Part shown: positions 40,481-52,568 of the stretch, in pieces
How the letters are laid out: every line of letters starts with the position of its first letter
Numbering within the stretch: position 1 is the stretch's first letter
NCBI GenBank assembly: GCA_965279375.1
Contig: OZ257156.1
Coordinates: 3,744,001 to 3,808,000 of the forward strand
DNA: 64,000 nt
Source of the DNA: Gemmatimonas sp.
GTDB taxonomy: Bacteria; Gemmatimonadota; Gemmatimonadetes; Gemmatimonadales; Gemmatimonadaceae
Reading direction: 5' to 3'
Notes under the pieces: generated by a model
Told to the model about the DNA's origin: nothing
Database searches by the model: none
What the model saw: the letters and a program-made list of their open reading frames with translations, nothing else
Translations under genes and position numbers: made by a program

Positions 40481-41353
40481 TTACGCGAGTCGTGCCTTGA
40501 TCAGGTCGACGAAATCCACAGGCCGCTTCGCGACGCCCATGCCGGCGGCATGGAACGCCTCGATCTTTTCCGCGGCCGTGCCCGCCGAACCGGAGATGAT
40601 CGCGCCAGCGTGGCCCATACGACGGCCCGGCGGGGCGGTCTGCCCGGCGATGAAGCCGACGACCGGCTTGGTCATGTGCGCCTTGATGAACGCGGCGGCT
40701 TCCTGTTCGTCCGTGCCACCGATTTCGCCCATCATCGCGACGGCCTTCGTCTGCGGATCGGCTTCGAACGCCGCGAGGCAATCGATGAAGTTGGTGCCGT
40801 TGATCGGGTCACCGCCGATGCCGACGCACGAGCTCTGACCAATGCCGGCGCGCGTGAGCTGGTTGACGATTTCATACGTGAGCGTGCCGGAGCGCGACAC
40901 GACGCCGACGTTACCCGGCAAGCAGATGCGACCCGGGATGATGCCAACCTTGGACTGACCCGGCGTGATGAGCCCCGGGCAGTTGGGGCCAAGCAGGCGT
41001 GCGCCGTGCTCCTTCACGTACGGGTACACCTTGGTCATGTCGAGCACCGGCACGCCTTCGGTGATGCAGACGATGAGCTTCACGCCAGCGGCGGCAGCTT
41101 CCATCATCGCATCGGCGGCGAACATCGGCGGCACGTAAATCACGGAGGTGTTGGCGCCCGTGGCCTGCACCGCGTCGTAGACGGTGTCGAAGATGGGTAC
41201 CGTGCCTTCGAACATCTGGCCGCCCTTACCCGGCGTCACACCGGCCACGACCTTCGTGCCGTACTCGATCATCTGCTTGGCATGGAACGAACCGTCGCGG
41301 CCCGTGATGCCCTGCACGATCAGCTTCGTGTTGTTGTCGATGAAGATGCTCAT
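40481..41353 (-). CDS. sucD: Succinyl-CoA synthetase alpha subunit
   Basis: [27 protein letters not shown]. Confidence 0.98.
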   Translation of the reverse strand: MSIFIDNNTKLIVQGITGRDGSFHAKQMIEYGTKVVAGVTPGKGGQMFEGTVPIFDTVYDAVQATGANTSVIYVPPMFAADAMMEAAAAGVKLIVCITEGVPVLDMTKVYPYVKEHGARLLGPNCPGLITPGQSKVGIIPGRICLPGNVGVVSRSGTLTYEIVNQLTRAGIGQSSCVGIGGDPINGTNFIDCLAAFEADPQTKAVAMMGEIGGTDEQEAAAFIKAHMTKPVVGFIAGQTAPPGRRMGHAGAIISGSAGTAAEKIEAFHAAGMGVAKRPVDFVDLIKARLA

Positions 41354-42495
41354 GCGGCCGCTCCCTTGGTGGCGAGTTCGACGGCGCGCTGCACGGCGGC
41401 GTCCATGTCGTTGGAGGCGGAGAATCCGTTGTCCTGCAAAATCTTCACGGCAATCTCCTCGTTCGTGCCGGTGAGACGAATGACGATGGGCACCTTGAGC
41501 GGATTGGCCTTGGTCGCCGTGACGATGCCATTGGCTACGTCATCGGTGCGCGTGATGCCGCCGAAGATGTTGAACAGGATGCACTTCACGTTCGCATCGG
41601 ACGTGATGATGCGCAGCGCGTTGACCACCTTCTCCGGATTCGACGAACCGCCGATGTCGAGGAAGTTGGCTGGATCGCCGCCGTAGTACTTGACCAGGTC
41701 CATCGTCGCCATGGCGAGACCCGCGCCGTTGACCACGCAGCCGACGTTGCCGTCGAGCTTGATGAACGTGAGGTTCGCGTTGCGCGCGTCGACTTCGCTC
41801 GGTGCTTCCGACGACTCGTCGCGCAACGCGGCGATGGCGGGGAGACGATCGAGTTCGTTGTCGTCGATGACCATCTTGCCGTCGACGGCGATGAGTTCGT
41901 TGGCCGGCGTGAGCACCAGCGGATTGATCTCGGCGAGCGAGCAGCCGGCGGCCATGAACGCGCTGTACAGCTGCGTCATGATCTTCGCTGCCTGACGGGC
42001 GATCTTCACGTCCTTGTACAGGAAGAAGCCCATGCGCATCGCTTCGAACGGCAGCAGCCCGTAGCGCGTGTCCACCGGGTGATAGAGAATCTTCTCCGGC
42101 GTGGTGGCCGCGACCTCCTCGATGTCGATACCGCCGGCGGCGCTGACCATGAAGACGGGCTTCTTGGTCGCCCGATCGACGATGATGCCGACGTACGCTT
42201 CCGAGGCGATGTCGGCCGCGGTCGTGACGAGCACCTTCTCGACGACGAGATCCTTGATCGTCATGCCAAGAATGGCGGTCGCCTTTTCCTTGGCGTCGGC
42301 GGGCGTCTTGCAGAACTTCACGCCACCGGCCTTGCCGCGACCACCAGCGTGCACCTGCGCCTTGACCATCACGGCCGTGCCCAGCCGCTGCGCAATGGAT
42401 TCTGCCTGTTCAGGCGTCGTGGCGATGTCGCCTGGCGGTATCGGCACCCCGGCCGCCCGCAACAGCTCTTTCGCCTGATATTCGTGAAGATTCAC
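41350..42495 (-). CDS. sucC: Succinyl-CoA synthetase beta subunit
   Basis: [40 protein letters not shown]. Confidence 0.98.
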   Translation of the reverse strand: MNLHEYQAKELLRAAGVPIPPGDIATTPEQAESIAQRLGTAVMVKAQVHAGGRGKAGGVKFCKTPADAKEKATAILGMTIKDLVVEKVLVTTAADIASEAYVGIIVDRATKKPVFMVSAAGGIDIEEVAATTPEKILYHPVDTRYGLLPFEAMRMGFFLYKDVKIARQAAKIMTQLYSAFMAAGCSLAEINPLVLTPANELIAVDGKMVIDDNELDRLPAIAALRDESSEAPSEVDARNANLTFIKLDGNVGCVVNGAGLAMATMDLVKYYGGDPANFLDIGGSSNPEKVVNALRIITSDANVKCILFNIFGGITRTDDVANGIVTATKANPLKVPIVIRLTGTNEEIAVKILQDNGFSASNDMDAAVQRAVELATKGAAA

Positions 42496-42531
42496 GCGCT
42501 CTCCGAATCGAAGTAGGTATGTCTATGAAAA

Positions 42532-45030
42532 CTACTCTGGCGACCTGCCCAACACCTTCCCGAGGCTATCGAACGCCGCTCCGAAGCGCGTCCAACTCCC
42601 GCTCCGCAGCGCTTGTCGCATCGCCTCGTACAACCGATCGACCGCGACGTCTCGCGGCTCACTGCCACCTGCGCTCGCACCGACAATCGGCCGAGCCTGA
42701 CTGCGCGGCAATCCCAGTACTTCCACCGCCTCGGCGAGCGTGCCTCCAACGCCGGCACGCCCCTCTTCCTGAATGGCCACGCGGCTGATCACCGTTGTCC
42801 CGTCCGCGCGGTTCCACTGGAGTGGCTGGACGAGCACGGGCCCGCGGTCGCTCATGATGACCTGCACCCGCCCTGGGCGCATCCGCGGTTCGCGACGACT
42901 GCCATCGGGTACCAGGGCGCGAGCGCTGTCGAGCGCCGACCGTAGCTGCTCGGTGGCGGTGCTCCAACGCGGCCGCGGTACCGACGTGCTATCCCAGAAG
43001 GTGCGGCGATACCGTCCGCCGACCGCGCTGATCACGCCACCGATCTGTTCACCGGGTTCGAGCAGCGCAACGCTCCACGCGACGACGGCGCCGGAGTCGG
43101 TTCGGACCAGATGCCCGGGCGGACCGTCGCCGATGAACGTGCTGTCGGGGAGATGTCGAGTGACGGTCCCTTGCAGCCGGGATCCATAGCGCGCGAAGGT
43201 GCGCAACTGGGCAATTGCGCCATCCGTTGCCGGAGGAAGCTGCCGCACCAACCCGGACGGCAGCTCGACCGTGCGAACGAAGAGGCTCGGCACGCGCGCC
43301 ATCCAGGTGCGTGCAACGGGATCGGGTCGGTCGACCGAGATGAGTCGCACACGCCCGGAATTCGCCTCGACGAGTGCAGTGGCGGCAAGCCGGAAGTAGC
43401 TGCGTACTTCGCCCGCCAACTGCCAGTGCTGGCTGAGCGGATACTCGGACGATGCGCTGTAGAGCTGCAGCGTCCAGTACAGCACACCATCGTGCACGAG
43501 CGGCAGCACTTCACTGCCCTGCGCAAAGATCGGTGCGAGCATGGCGACGCGTTCGCGCACATCGCGCTGCGAGACGAAGACGCTGTTGGATTCCTCGTCG
43601 GCGCGCGTGCGCAGCAAATCAGGATCGCGCGCTGCCCACGCATGTGCTACGCGCAAGCCGAGCGATCGCAGCGACGTGCCCAACACGCTGTTGGTCGGAT
43701 CCTGAATGAGGCGATGTCCGGTGAGCCCCGGCGCGACGGCGGGTTCGCGCGGTCCGTCCACGTCGGCGGGATCCAAGGCGAAGTCAATGCTGCTGTCGCG
43801 CACGATCGGCAGCGTCGCGTTGGCCACGTCCGCGGACCATGCACTCCCGGCCGTGACAGGACGGCGCACGATCAGCCCGGCCAGCCCTCCTTCCGTGGCT
43901 AGCCATGACGCGTGCGTCGGAATCGCACTGGTACGGGAGTCGTCGCTCGAACGTGCCTGCAGTGAGGAGGCATCCCAGAGACTGACGGATCGCGCGAGAT
44001 CGCTGCGCTTTACGCGAGTGGCTATGGCGGGGATCGACTCAGGAGCGGTGATACGAATGCCGTCCACGTCATACGCGCGACGACTGATGAGGGAGCGCGT
44101 ATCGAGGTAGTCGAGTTCGCGGCGCACCGGATCACCGAGCAGTGAGCCACGCGACACCACGGCCGGCAGGATATGTCGAAGGCCGACGGCGCCGATCAGC
44201 ACCATGCTCAACGTGATGAACGCCAGACGCAGCTGGCTCATCCAACCGGCACGCAGCAGCAACAGCGCGCCAATGCCGCTCAGGACCGACATCAACAGAT
44301 CGACTCGCATCAGCACGATGTGATCGACGCGCAAGAAGAGTCCATCGGGACCACTGCCGTTGCGAAGGACATCGAAGCCATCGAGACGATAGCTCCACGC
44401 AAGCATCACGAGAACAAGCGCGGCGAGGGCGCTCAGATGCCGGCGCGCGTGAGACGAGGCCAGCACGCGTCTCCCGTCGAGTCGCAGACTGCGCGTCAAC
44501 GCGTACAGCAGGATGACGACGGTGCCAACCGAGATGACGGTGACCAGCGCCCAGACGTACAGCGTCTCTTCGAGGGGTAGCCAGTAGACGTAGAACCCGA
44601 GGTCGCGACCGAGAATGCCTTCAATTTCACCGAACGAGATCCCGTGTCGCGCCATCGCCACGTCGGTCCAGTTGGTGAGCGGCACGGCGAGACCGAGCCC
44701 GATAAGCGCGGACAGCACGATGGTGATCCCGAGCAGCCGGCGGCCCGGAATCATGGCTGTGAGCTCGATGTTGGCCACGCGTGAAGGCACGGCGACGGCC
44801 AGAATTGTGCGACGAACGGCGTGCAGATTCGCGAAGGCGAAGAGCGCGCCTACGGTGCCTGCCCCGCCCTGCAACAAGACGCTGTCTACCGCGCGCTCCC
44901 ACCAGAGCGCTGGCACACCCATGGCGGTGAACCACGCATGTTCGACGACGAGCGCTGTGATCGCGCGCCCGCTCAGGAGCAGCGCGGCCGCGACGGCGAG
45001 GGCGACAACCACCCACCCGCGGGTCCGCAT
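42532..45030 (-). CDS. UPF0182 family membrane protein
   Basis: N-terminal TMs, GRDLGFYVYWLP, RRHLSAL, YSASSEYPLS, C-terminal ALRSGSWTRFGAAFDSL. Confidence 0.8.
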   Translation of the reverse strand: MRTRGWVVVALAVAAALLLSGRAITALVVEHAWFTAMGVPALWWERAVDSVLLQGGAGTVGALFAFANLHAVRRTILAVAVPSRVANIELTAMIPGRRLLGITIVLSALIGLGLAVPLTNWTDVAMARHGISFGEIEGILGRDLGFYVYWLPLEETLYVWALVTVISVGTVVILLYALTRSLRLDGRRVLASSHARRHLSALAALVLVMLAWSYRLDGFDVLRNGSGPDGLFLRVDHIVLMRVDLLMSVLSGIGALLLLRAGWMSQLRLAFITLSMVLIGAVGLRHILPAVVSRGSLLGDPVRRELDYLDTRSLISRRAYDVDGIRITAPESIPAIATRVKRSDLARSVSLWDASSLQARSSDDSRTSAIPTHASWLATEGGLAGLIVRRPVTAGSAWSADVANATLPIVRDSSIDFALDPADVDGPREPAVAPGLTGHRLIQDPTNSVLGTSLRSLGLRVAHAWAARDPDLLRTRADEESNSVFVSQRDVRERVAMLAPIFAQGSEVLPLVHDGVLYWTLQLYSASSEYPLSQHWQLAGEVRSYFRLAATALVEANSGRVRLISVDRPDPVARTWMARVPSLFVRTVELPSGLVRQLPPATDGAIAQLRTFARYGSRLQGTVTRHLPDSTFIGDGPPGHLVRTDSGAVVAWSVALLEPGEQIGGVISAVGGRYRRTFWDSTSVPRPRWSTATEQLRSALDSARALVPDGSRREPRMRPGRVQVIMSDRGPVLVQPLQWNRADGTTVISRVAIQEEGRAGVGGTLAEAVEVLGLPRSQARPIVGASAGGSEPRDVAVDRLYEAMRQALRSGSWTRFGAAFDSLGKVLGRSPE

Positions 45031-45049
45031 GATCAGCGCCGCGCGCGGA

Positions 45050-46429
45050 TCAGAGCTGTACGCCCTGGGCGCGCATCCAACCTTCCATCTCGCCGCGAAT
45101 TTCGGCCAGACGCTCGGCTGTGCGGGCCTCGAATCGCGCCACGATCACCGGCTGCGTGTTGGAGGCACGGAAGAGTCCCCATCCGTCGCCAAAGAGCACT
45201 CGCACACCATCGACGGCGTTGACCTGATGCGTCGCAGAGAAGTGCGCGATCGCCTTCTCCATGATGGTGAACTTGGCCTCGTCGTCGGTATCGATGCGGA
45301 TCTCGGGTGTGGAGACAAACGGTGCCACATCGGCGAGCAACGCGTCCACCGGCTTACCGGCATCGGCAACAATGCGCAGCAGGCGCGCCGCGCCGTACAG
45401 CGCGTCGTCGTGCCCGTAGAAGCCTTCGGTGAAGAACATGTGGCCAGACATCTCGCCGGCGATCGGGGCGTGTGTCTCCTTCATCTTGTCCTTGATGAGG
45501 GAGTGTCCCGTCTTCCACATCACGGCCACGCCGCCGGCCTTCTCGATTTCATCCGAGAGTGCCTGCGAGCACTTCACGTCAAAGATGATCGGCTGGCCGC
45601 GGCCCGTGCGCGCGAGCACATCACGCGCGTACAGGATGAGGATGTGATCGCCCCAGATGATCGTGCCGTTCGCGTCCACCACGCCGATGCGATCCGCGTC
45701 GCCATCGAATGCAACGCCGATCTCCGCCTTCTCTCGCTTCACCGCCGCGATGAGATCAACGAGGTTTTCGGGAACGGTCGGATCGGGGTGATGATTGGGA
45801 AAGGTGCCGTCGCTCTCGGTAAAGAGCCCGATGCCATCAACGCCGAGCGCACGCATGAGTTGCGGTGCCACCAGCGCGCCCGCGCCATTGCCGCAGTCAT
45901 AGACCACGCGCAACGGCGTGCCGTCGGCGTGCGCGAGCGTGCCAATGCGCGCAGCGATGTCCGACACGTAGCGATCGATGACGTCGATGTGCCGAACAGT
46001 GCCGTGGCCGCTCGGGTACACGCCCGCAACGATCATCTGGTACAGAGCCTGGATCTCGCTGCCATGCAGCGAACCCGTGCCCACGCACATCTTGAAGCCG
46101 TTGTATTCCGGCGGGTTGTGCGAGCCAGTGATCTGAATTCCGCCCACGACGGGCTCATGATGCAGCGTCCAGTACAGCAGCGGCGTCGGTACGGTGCCAA
46201 CATCCACCACGTCAACGCCACTCTCCGTCAGGCCACGCACCAGCGCATCGCGCAGCGCATTTCCGCTCGGCCGGTTATCGCGCCCCACAGCGACCGCGCC
46301 AGCGATCCCTTTCGACTGCAGGTACGTCGCGTAGCCGCGACCGAGGCCGTATGCAACCTCCTCGGTCAGGTCCCGACCGACGATGCCGCGAACGTCATAC
46401 TGGCGAAAGATTGTCTGGCTGATCGACAT
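45050..46429 (-). CDS. Phosphomannomutase/phosphoglucomutase
   Basis: FRQYDVRG, TGSHNP, FDGDADR, GEMSGH, RASNTQP. Confidence 0.95.
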   Translation of the reverse strand: MSISQTIFRQYDVRGIVGRDLTEEVAYGLGRGYATYLQSKGIAGAVAVGRDNRPSGNALRDALVRGLTESGVDVVDVGTVPTPLLYWTLHHEPVVGGIQITGSHNPPEYNGFKMCVGTGSLHGSEIQALYQMIVAGVYPSGHGTVRHIDVIDRYVSDIAARIGTLAHADGTPLRVVYDCGNGAGALVAPQLMRALGVDGIGLFTESDGTFPNHHPDPTVPENLVDLIAAVKREKAEIGVAFDGDADRIGVVDANGTIIWGDHILILYARDVLARTGRGQPIIFDVKCSQALSDEIEKAGGVAVMWKTGHSLIKDKMKETHAPIAGEMSGHMFFTEGFYGHDDALYGAARLLRIVADAGKPVDALLADVAPFVSTPEIRIDTDDEAKFTIMEKAIAHFSATHQVNAVDGVRVLFGDGWGLFRASNTQPVIVARFEARTAERLAEIRGEMEGWMRAQGVQL

Positions 46430-46492
46430 GGTGAGAACGTACGGGGAGGCGGGAGTATGCTGGTGGCGTACGACTGAACGAGTGCCTGCGAC

Positions 46493-48061
46493 TCAGCGCG
46501 TGCGACTGGCCGTGCTGAGCGGCGGTGGCAGCGGTGCACGCTGCTTCACCGGTGCGACGCCTGCGAGCGTCTGCGGCATGGCGTGGCGCGCGAGTCGCGA
46601 GACAGGCGTCGGATACAGTCCGAGCACGAGGAGCGCGATGGCCGTGAACGCGATCATGCCCTGCGTCAGCGGTGCCAGCGACGGCACGGCCGCGCCTTCC
46701 GCGCGCGGGCGCATGAACATCGACGAGATCACGCTCAGGTAGTACGCCGCCGACACCACGCTGCTGAGCACCAGCACAACGGCGAGCATGGTCTGCGGAG
46801 AGGCGCCCGAGAGCGCCGCCTGGAGCACATACCACTTGGCGAAGAAGCCCATGCCGCCGACCAACGGCATGCCGAGGAACGCGAGGAAGTACACCGCCAT
46901 CGCTATGCTGAGCCCCGGCCGAACACGCCAGAGTCCAGCGATGTCGTCCAGCGTGGGCGACTTGTCGCGGCCGTCGTTGATCGTGATCAGCACGGCAAAC
47001 GCGCCCATCGTGGCGAGTGTGTACGACACCGTGTAAAAGACAAGCGCGCTGACACCGGCGACGGAGTTCGACACGATGGCGACGAGTATGTACCCGGCGT
47101 GGGCGATGCTCGAGTAGGCGAGCATGCGCACGAGATTCTTCTGCGACAGGGCTAGCACGTTGCCGAGGACCATCGTGACCGCGGCGAGCCACCAGAGCAC
47201 CGGATGCCAGCGATCGGACGCACCGCCGAGCGCTTCGACCATCACGCGCGCGAACGTCGCGAACGCGGCGGACTTGACCACGGCAGCCATGAACGCGGCC
47301 ACTGGCAGCGGCGCGCCGTCGTACACGTCGGGCGTCCAGAGATGAAAGGGCGCAGCGGCGACCTTGAATGCGAATCCAACGAGCAGCAGCGCCATGCCCA
47401 CGACGAACATCGCGCTCAGCTGCGGCGTCTTGGCGACCCACGCTGCGATGTCCACCAAACGCGTGCTGCCGGTTGCGCCGAAGAGAAGCGCCATGCCGTA
47501 CAACAGGAACCCGGTGCTGAATGCGCCGAGCAGGAAGTACTTGAGCGCCGACTCGGCGCCGCGCGCACTGCGACGGTTCACGCCAGCGAGCACGTACACC
47601 GCGAGCGACATCAACTCGATGCCGAGGAAGATGAACATGAGGTCGCGCGCTGCGGCGAGGATCATCATGCCACACGCCGCGAACAGCATCAGCACCGGCA
47701 CTTCCGGGCTGTACGCACCACTGCGTGCGTGATCGGCCTCGAGGAGAATCAGCGCGAGCGCCGTGCCGAGCAGGACCACGAGATCGATCGTCCAGCGGAA
47801 GCCGTCACCCGCAATGCGCAGATCAGCTGTGCCCGCGACGCCGTCACCCCAGGCGATCGTGATAACGATGCCGACCAGCAGGCAGAGGACGACACCGAAG
47901 CGCGCGAGTGCCGGCGTGCGTTCGGCGCCCTCAGCGCTGCCGAGCGTGTTGCCCTGCGGACGCCAGACAGTGGCCAGGAGCATCATCATCGCACCCGCCG
48001 CGAGCAGAAGCTCCGGGGCGAGGGCGCGGAAAAATGAACCGGCGGAAACCAGATCGCCCAT
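46493..48061 (-). CDS. nuoN: NADH-quinone oxidoreductase subunit N
   Basis: ESALKYF, FKVAAAPFHLWTPDVY, RMLAYSSIAH. Confidence 0.96.
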   Translation of the reverse strand: MGDLVSAGSFFRALAPELLLAAGAMMMLLATVWRPQGNTLGSAEGAERTPALARFGVVLCLLVGIVITIAWGDGVAGTADLRIAGDGFRWTIDLVVLLGTALALILLEADHARSGAYSPEVPVLMLFAACGMMILAAARDLMFIFLGIELMSLAVYVLAGVNRRSARGAESALKYFLLGAFSTGFLLYGMALLFGATGSTRLVDIAAWVAKTPQLSAMFVVGMALLLVGFAFKVAAAPFHLWTPDVYDGAPLPVAAFMAAVVKSAAFATFARVMVEALGGASDRWHPVLWWLAAVTMVLGNVLALSQKNLVRMLAYSSIAHAGYILVAIVSNSVAGVSALVFYTVSYTLATMGAFAVLITINDGRDKSPTLDDIAGLWRVRPGLSIAMAVYFLAFLGMPLVGGMGFFAKWYVLQAALSGASPQTMLAVVLVLSSVVSAAYYLSVISSMFMRPRAEGAAVPSLAPLTQGMIAFTAIALLVLGLYPTPVSRLARHAMPQTLAGVAPVKQRAPLPPPLSTASRTR

Positions 48062-48064
48062 CGG

Positions 48065-49633
48065 TCAGTGAGTCACGGAAGTGTTGGCGCCGACGGCAGC
48101 CGCGCCGGGCGCGAATCGCACCGCTTCGACGACTGTGCGGGTCGCGATGTCGCTGCGACGCAGGACGGATTGTGGCGCGAATCCGAGGTACAGCATTGCA
48201 ATGGCGAAGACCCCAAGCACCGCCGTCTCACGGAAGGAGAGATCGGCGAGGGGAGCCTTGTTGTCCGCCAACGCAGGTTCGAAGAGCACGCGCTGTACCG
48301 CTCGAAGCCCGTACACCGCGGCGAAGATGACGCCCGTCGTCGCGATGAGTGCCAGTGTCGGGTGCTCGCCGTACGTACCAATCAGCACGAGGAACTCGCC
48401 GACGAATCCGTTGGTGCCCGGCAAGCCGATGGTGGACAGGATGGCCAGCGTGAAGATCGCGCTGAAGAGCGGCATCGAGCGTGCGAGGCCGCCGAACGCG
48501 CTCATGTCGGTCGAGCCGCGACGGTCCTGCAGCATCCCAACGAGGAGGAACAGTGCGCTCGTGGTGATGCCGTGATTGACCATGACCATCACCGCGCCCT
48601 GCACGCTCTGCTGCGTGAGCGCGAACGATCCGAGCATGATGAAGCCAAGGTGGCTGATCGAGCTATACGAGATAAGTCGCTTCGCGTCGCGTTGCGACAT
48701 GGCCACGAGCGCGCCGTACACGATGGCGATCACGGACAGCACGAGGATCGTGCCGCGAACCGTGGGATGCGCTGCGGCCGCGGGAAAGAGCGGGATCGCG
48801 AAGCGCAGGATGGCGTACGTGCCGACCTTGAGACCCAAGGCCACTGCAGCAAACGTGGGCGCCGATCCTTGGGCGTCGGGCAGCCAGGTATGGAATGGAA
48901 CGAGCGCAGACTTCACGGCGAACGCGGTGAAGAAGGCGCCGAACATCAACAGCTGCGTCCGTTCATCGAGTTTGATGGCGAGCAGCTGATCGATGTGGAA
49001 GGACTGCCCACCGCCCATGCTCCAGAGCGCCATGATGGCGACGAGCATCAGCAGCGAACCAACGAGCGTGAAGAGCACGTAACGCAAACTCGCGCGCACG
49101 CTTGCGCCGCTGCCCCAGATTCCGATGAGGAAATACATCGGAATGAGCATCAGCTCCCACGCGAGATAGAACAGCAGCAAGTCGAGCGAGACGAAGATGC
49201 CGATGAGCCCCGAGGTCAACATGAGGGCGAGCGCACCGAACGCCGGCGTCTTCACCTTCACGCTATTCCAGGAACCAAGCAGTGCGAGCGGCATGAGCAC
49301 GGCGGTGAGCACCGCCATCGGCATGGCGAGTCCGTCAACACCGACGCTGAAAGCGGCGCCAATGTCCGGAATCCATGGCAGGTCCACGCGCGCCTGCCAG
49401 CCGCGAGCATCCGCGTCGTAGATCCCCCAGAGAACGAGACCGAGCACGCCTTCCACGGCCAGCGCGAAGAAGGTCAGGACACGGGCGTCGGGACCGCCCG
49501 ACGGTGCGGAACTATCGTCGCGCGAGACGTCGCGGCCGAGCAGACGGACAGGCAGGGCCGCGACCAGCGGCCAGAGCAACATCGCGGGCAGCACCCAGTT
49601 CGCCGCGCCCATCGAAAGCAGGAAATCGCGCAT
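48065..49633 (-). CDS. nuoM: NADH-quinone oxidoreductase subunit M
   Basis: WELMLIPMY, PFHTWLPDA, GLPGTNGFVGEF. Confidence 0.96.
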   Translation of the reverse strand: MRDFLLSMGAANWVLPAMLLWPLVAALPVRLLGRDVSRDDSSAPSGGPDARVLTFFALAVEGVLGLVLWGIYDADARGWQARVDLPWIPDIGAAFSVGVDGLAMPMAVLTAVLMPLALLGSWNSVKVKTPAFGALALMLTSGLIGIFVSLDLLLFYLAWELMLIPMYFLIGIWGSGASVRASLRYVLFTLVGSLLMLVAIMALWSMGGGQSFHIDQLLAIKLDERTQLLMFGAFFTAFAVKSALVPFHTWLPDAQGSAPTFAAVALGLKVGTYAILRFAIPLFPAAAAHPTVRGTILVLSVIAIVYGALVAMSQRDAKRLISYSSISHLGFIMLGSFALTQQSVQGAVMVMVNHGITTSALFLLVGMLQDRRGSTDMSAFGGLARSMPLFSAIFTLAILSTIGLPGTNGFVGEFLVLIGTYGEHPTLALIATTGVIFAAVYGLRAVQRVLFEPALADNKAPLADLSFRETAVLGVFAIAMLYLGFAPQSVLRRSDIATRTVVEAVRFAPGAAAVGANTSVTH

Positions 49634-49636
49634 CGG

Positions 49637-51775
49637 TCAGCCCAGGGTGAAAGCGGCGAGCATTGCGAGCGCGCCCGCAGCGACCATCCACGCGTACTTG
49701 CCCACATCACCGTCCTGCATCGTCGAACCGAACACGCTTGCCAGACGAGACAGCAACGTACCGCCGGCGCTGAAAGCACGGTCCACACTCACATCCACGC
49801 CGCGCGTCAGGAACGCGTTGGCGAATGCGTTGACCGGACGCACGACCGCCGCGTCGACGCCAGCGTCAACGCTGTACGCGTTGGCGAGCACACCGGAGAA
49901 TCCAGTATCGGGCGACGAATGCGCCTTGTCCGCGATCGGCTTGCGATATAGCGCGACAGCGATGCCGATGCCGATCAGCGCCGTCGCCACGGCGATGCCG
50001 ATCAGCATCGTTTCCGTGGAATGAGCGACTTCGGTTGTGCCTGCGAGGCGAACCGCGCTCGCGCCCGTGACGGGCTCAAGCCAATGCTCGAGCAACCCAC
50101 TGGGCCCCAGCGGCAACAGCTTCGGCAGATTCAACCAGCCACCAACAATGGTCAGCACGCCGAGCACCAGGACCGGTGCGGTCATGATCGCGGGTGCCTC
50201 GTGCAGCGCCTGCTGTTCCGCCTGCCCCGTACGGTTCTCGCCAGTGAACGCCAACAGCAGCATGCGCGTCATGTAGATCGCCGTGAGGAGCGCGGTCAGA
50301 ATGCCGATGCCGTACACCATGTACAGCACCATGCTGCCGGGAATACCCAGCAGCGACGCCGATGCCAGCGGAGACCCTTGCGCGCGCGTGAACGCCGAGG
50401 TGAGGATCTCGTCCTTCGAGAAAAAGCCGGCGAGCGGTGGAATGCCGGCAATGGCCAACGTCGCGAGGGTCATCGCCGCAAACGTGGCCGGCATGAACCG
50501 TCGCAGGCCGCCCATGTTCCGCAGGTCCTGCGGATCCTCGTGGCGGTGCGTGTGATGATACGCGTGATGCATCGCGTGAATCACCGAACCCGCGCCAAGG
50601 AAGAGCAGCGCCTTGAAGAACGCGTGCGTGACGAGATGGAAGACGCCGGCGGTGTACGCCCCTGTGCCCACGCCGACGAACATGTAGCCCAGCTGCGAGA
50701 CGGTGGAGTACGCGAGCACCTTCTTGATGTCCCACTGACGCAGCGCGATGGTCGCGGCGAAGAGCGCCGTGACGGCTCCGACAAGTGCCACGAGCAGCGA
50801 CGCCTCGGGCGCGCCCGCAAAGATCGGCGCCGACCGCGCGACGAGATACACACCTGCCGTTACCATAGTCGCGGCGTGGATGAGCGCAGACACGGGCGTC
50901 GGGCCAGCCATGGCGTCCGGCAGCCAGATATAGAGCGGGATCTGCGCGCTCTTGCCGGCACAGCCAACGAACAGGAACAGTGCGATCGCAAGCACCGTCG
51001 CCGAGCCGCCAAGCGCCGCCAGCGCGCTGTTGGCGCCAACGAAATCGAGCTGCTGCGTGGTGCTGTAGATCAGGAACATCGCGATCAGAAAGCCGAAGTC
51101 ACCGACGCGATTGACCACGAACGCCTTCTTCCCTGCCTCGACATTGGCGCGGTCGCTGAACCAGAAGCCGATCAGCAAATACGAGCAGAGCCCCACGCCC
51201 TCCCAGCCGAGGAATAGCACGGGGTAGCTCGCGCCAAGCACCAGCACCAGCATGAAGGCGACGAACAGGTTGAGGTACGCGAAGTAGCGCGCATAGCTCG
51301 CGTCATCGCGCATGTAGCCGACGGAGAACAGATGAATCAGCGAGCCGATGCCGGTGATCACGAGGACCATCAGGATGGACAGCTGATCGAGCTGGAACGA
51401 CCAATCGATCGACAGCGAGCCCACCTGCATCCAGACGGGTCCCTGCATGATGAACGGCGTGTGCAGCGCTTCCGGTATGCGTGATACCGCGCCCTGCATA
51501 GCGAAGAAGATCGCGACGGCGAGAGCGAATGACGCGATGATGACGCCGGGGCCAACGAGCGTGACGATCGGATTGCGCGCCGTTCCACGATTCGCTTCAC
51601 CCGACTCGGCGCTTGCCGCGCGCGAGCCGGAGAACAACGCGATGCCACCGTTCACCAGGAAGCCGATGAGCGGCAGGATCGGCAGCAGTCCGATTAGCTG
51701 TGCGACCGTACCACGCAACGGATGCGGCGTGCCCGCGCTCTGCAGCAGGGCGGCAACGAAAGTAGAAGTCATCAT
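49637..51775 (-). CDS. nuoL: NADH-quinone oxidoreductase subunit L
   Basis: [40 protein letters not shown]. Confidence 0.97.
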   Translation of the reverse strand: MMTSTFVAALLQSAGTPHPLRGTVAQLIGLLPILPLIGFLVNGGIALFSGSRAASAESGEANRGTARNPIVTLVGPGVIIASFALAVAIFFAMQGAVSRIPEALHTPFIMQGPVWMQVGSLSIDWSFQLDQLSILMVLVITGIGSLIHLFSVGYMRDDASYARYFAYLNLFVAFMLVLVLGASYPVLFLGWEGVGLCSYLLIGFWFSDRANVEAGKKAFVVNRVGDFGFLIAMFLIYSTTQQLDFVGANSALAALGGSATVLAIALFLFVGCAGKSAQIPLYIWLPDAMAGPTPVSALIHAATMVTAGVYLVARSAPIFAGAPEASLLVALVGAVTALFAATIALRQWDIKKVLAYSTVSQLGYMFVGVGTGAYTAGVFHLVTHAFFKALLFLGAGSVIHAMHHAYHHTHRHEDPQDLRNMGGLRRFMPATFAAMTLATLAIAGIPPLAGFFSKDEILTSAFTRAQGSPLASASLLGIPGSMVLYMVYGIGILTALLTAIYMTRMLLLAFTGENRTGQAEQQALHEAPAIMTAPVLVLGVLTIVGGWLNLPKLLPLGPSGLLEHWLEPVTGASAVRLAGTTEVAHSTETMLIGIAVATALIGIGIAVALYRKPIADKAHSSPDTGFSGVLANAYSVDAGVDAAVVRPVNAFANAFLTRGVDVSVDRAFSAGGTLLSRLASVFGSTMQDGDVGKYAWMVAAGALAMLAAFTLG

Positions 51776-52065
51776 CCGCGCAGCGTCCTAAGCGCAGTCA
51801 TGTCCACCGTGCCAAACTGACGGAACACCGAGATCACGATGGCCAGTCCGACGGCCGCCTCAGCGGCGGCGATCGTCATCACCATCACGACGAACACGTG
51901 ACCCGTGACGCCGTGCAGCTTGGCCAGCGCGACAAAGCTGAGGTTCACGGCGTTGAGCATCAGCTCCGCGCACATGAACAGGATGATCGCGTTCCGGCGC
52001 GTGAGCACGCCGAGCACACCGATCGAGAACAGGATCGCGGAAACGATCAACGCTTCGCTGATCAT
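51772..52065 (-). CDS. nuoK: NADH-quinone oxidoreductase subunit K
   Basis: [19 protein letters not shown]. Confidence 0.97.
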   Translation of the reverse strand: MISEALIVSAILFSIGVLGVLTRRNAIILFMCAELMLNAVNLSFVALAKLHGVTGHVFVVMVMTIAAAEAAVGLAIVISVFRQFGTVDMTALRTLRG

Positions 52066-52568
52066 AGGATGACTCGCTTCTTGGCGAGGAGCACGGCGCC
52101 GACGATGGCAACCAGCAGCACGAGGCTCGTCAACTCGAACGCCACGAGATAATCAGTAAAGAGCGACGCGGCGACCTGCGTGACCACGTTGTCCTGGGCC
52201 GGTGCGAGCTCCGCGCGCGGCAGCTTGTCTCGCTGCACCACCAACAGGTTGGCCACGATACCGAGCGACACCAGCCCCGCGCCGAGTCGTGATCCCAACC
52301 CGCGCAAATCCGAGATCTCGGCGCGGCCCAGGTTGAGGAGCATGACGACGAACACGAAGACCACCATGATCGCGCCGGCGTAAACCAGCACCTGGATGGC
52401 GCCAACGAACGGCGCATCGAGCATGATGTAGAGTCCGCTCAGCGCGAACATCACGTTCACCAGCCACAACGCGGCGGGCACCGGGTTCTTGCGCGTCACG
52501 AACAACAGCGCGGATGCAATCGCGATCAGCGAGAAGAGATAAAACTGGAACTGGTAGAAGCCGTTCAT
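52062..52568 (-). CDS. nuoJ: NADH-quinone oxidoreductase subunit J
   Basis: [19 protein letters not shown] at 52568. Confidence 0.95.
   Translation of the reverse strand: MNGFYQFQFYLFSLIAIASALLFVTRKNPVPAALWLVNVMFALSGLYIMLDAPFVGAIQVLVYAGAIMVVFVFVVMLLNLGRAEISDLRGLGSRLGAGLVSLGIVANLLVVQRDKLPRAELAPAQDNVVTQVAASLFTDYLVAFELTSLVLLVAIVGAVLLAKKRVIL

Noticed and set aside
42483..42496. Palindrome CGTGAA-GA-TTCACG at the sucC start as a second Rex box
   Set aside because: Spacer is 2 nt too short and the sequence is explained by the conserved MNLHE codons.
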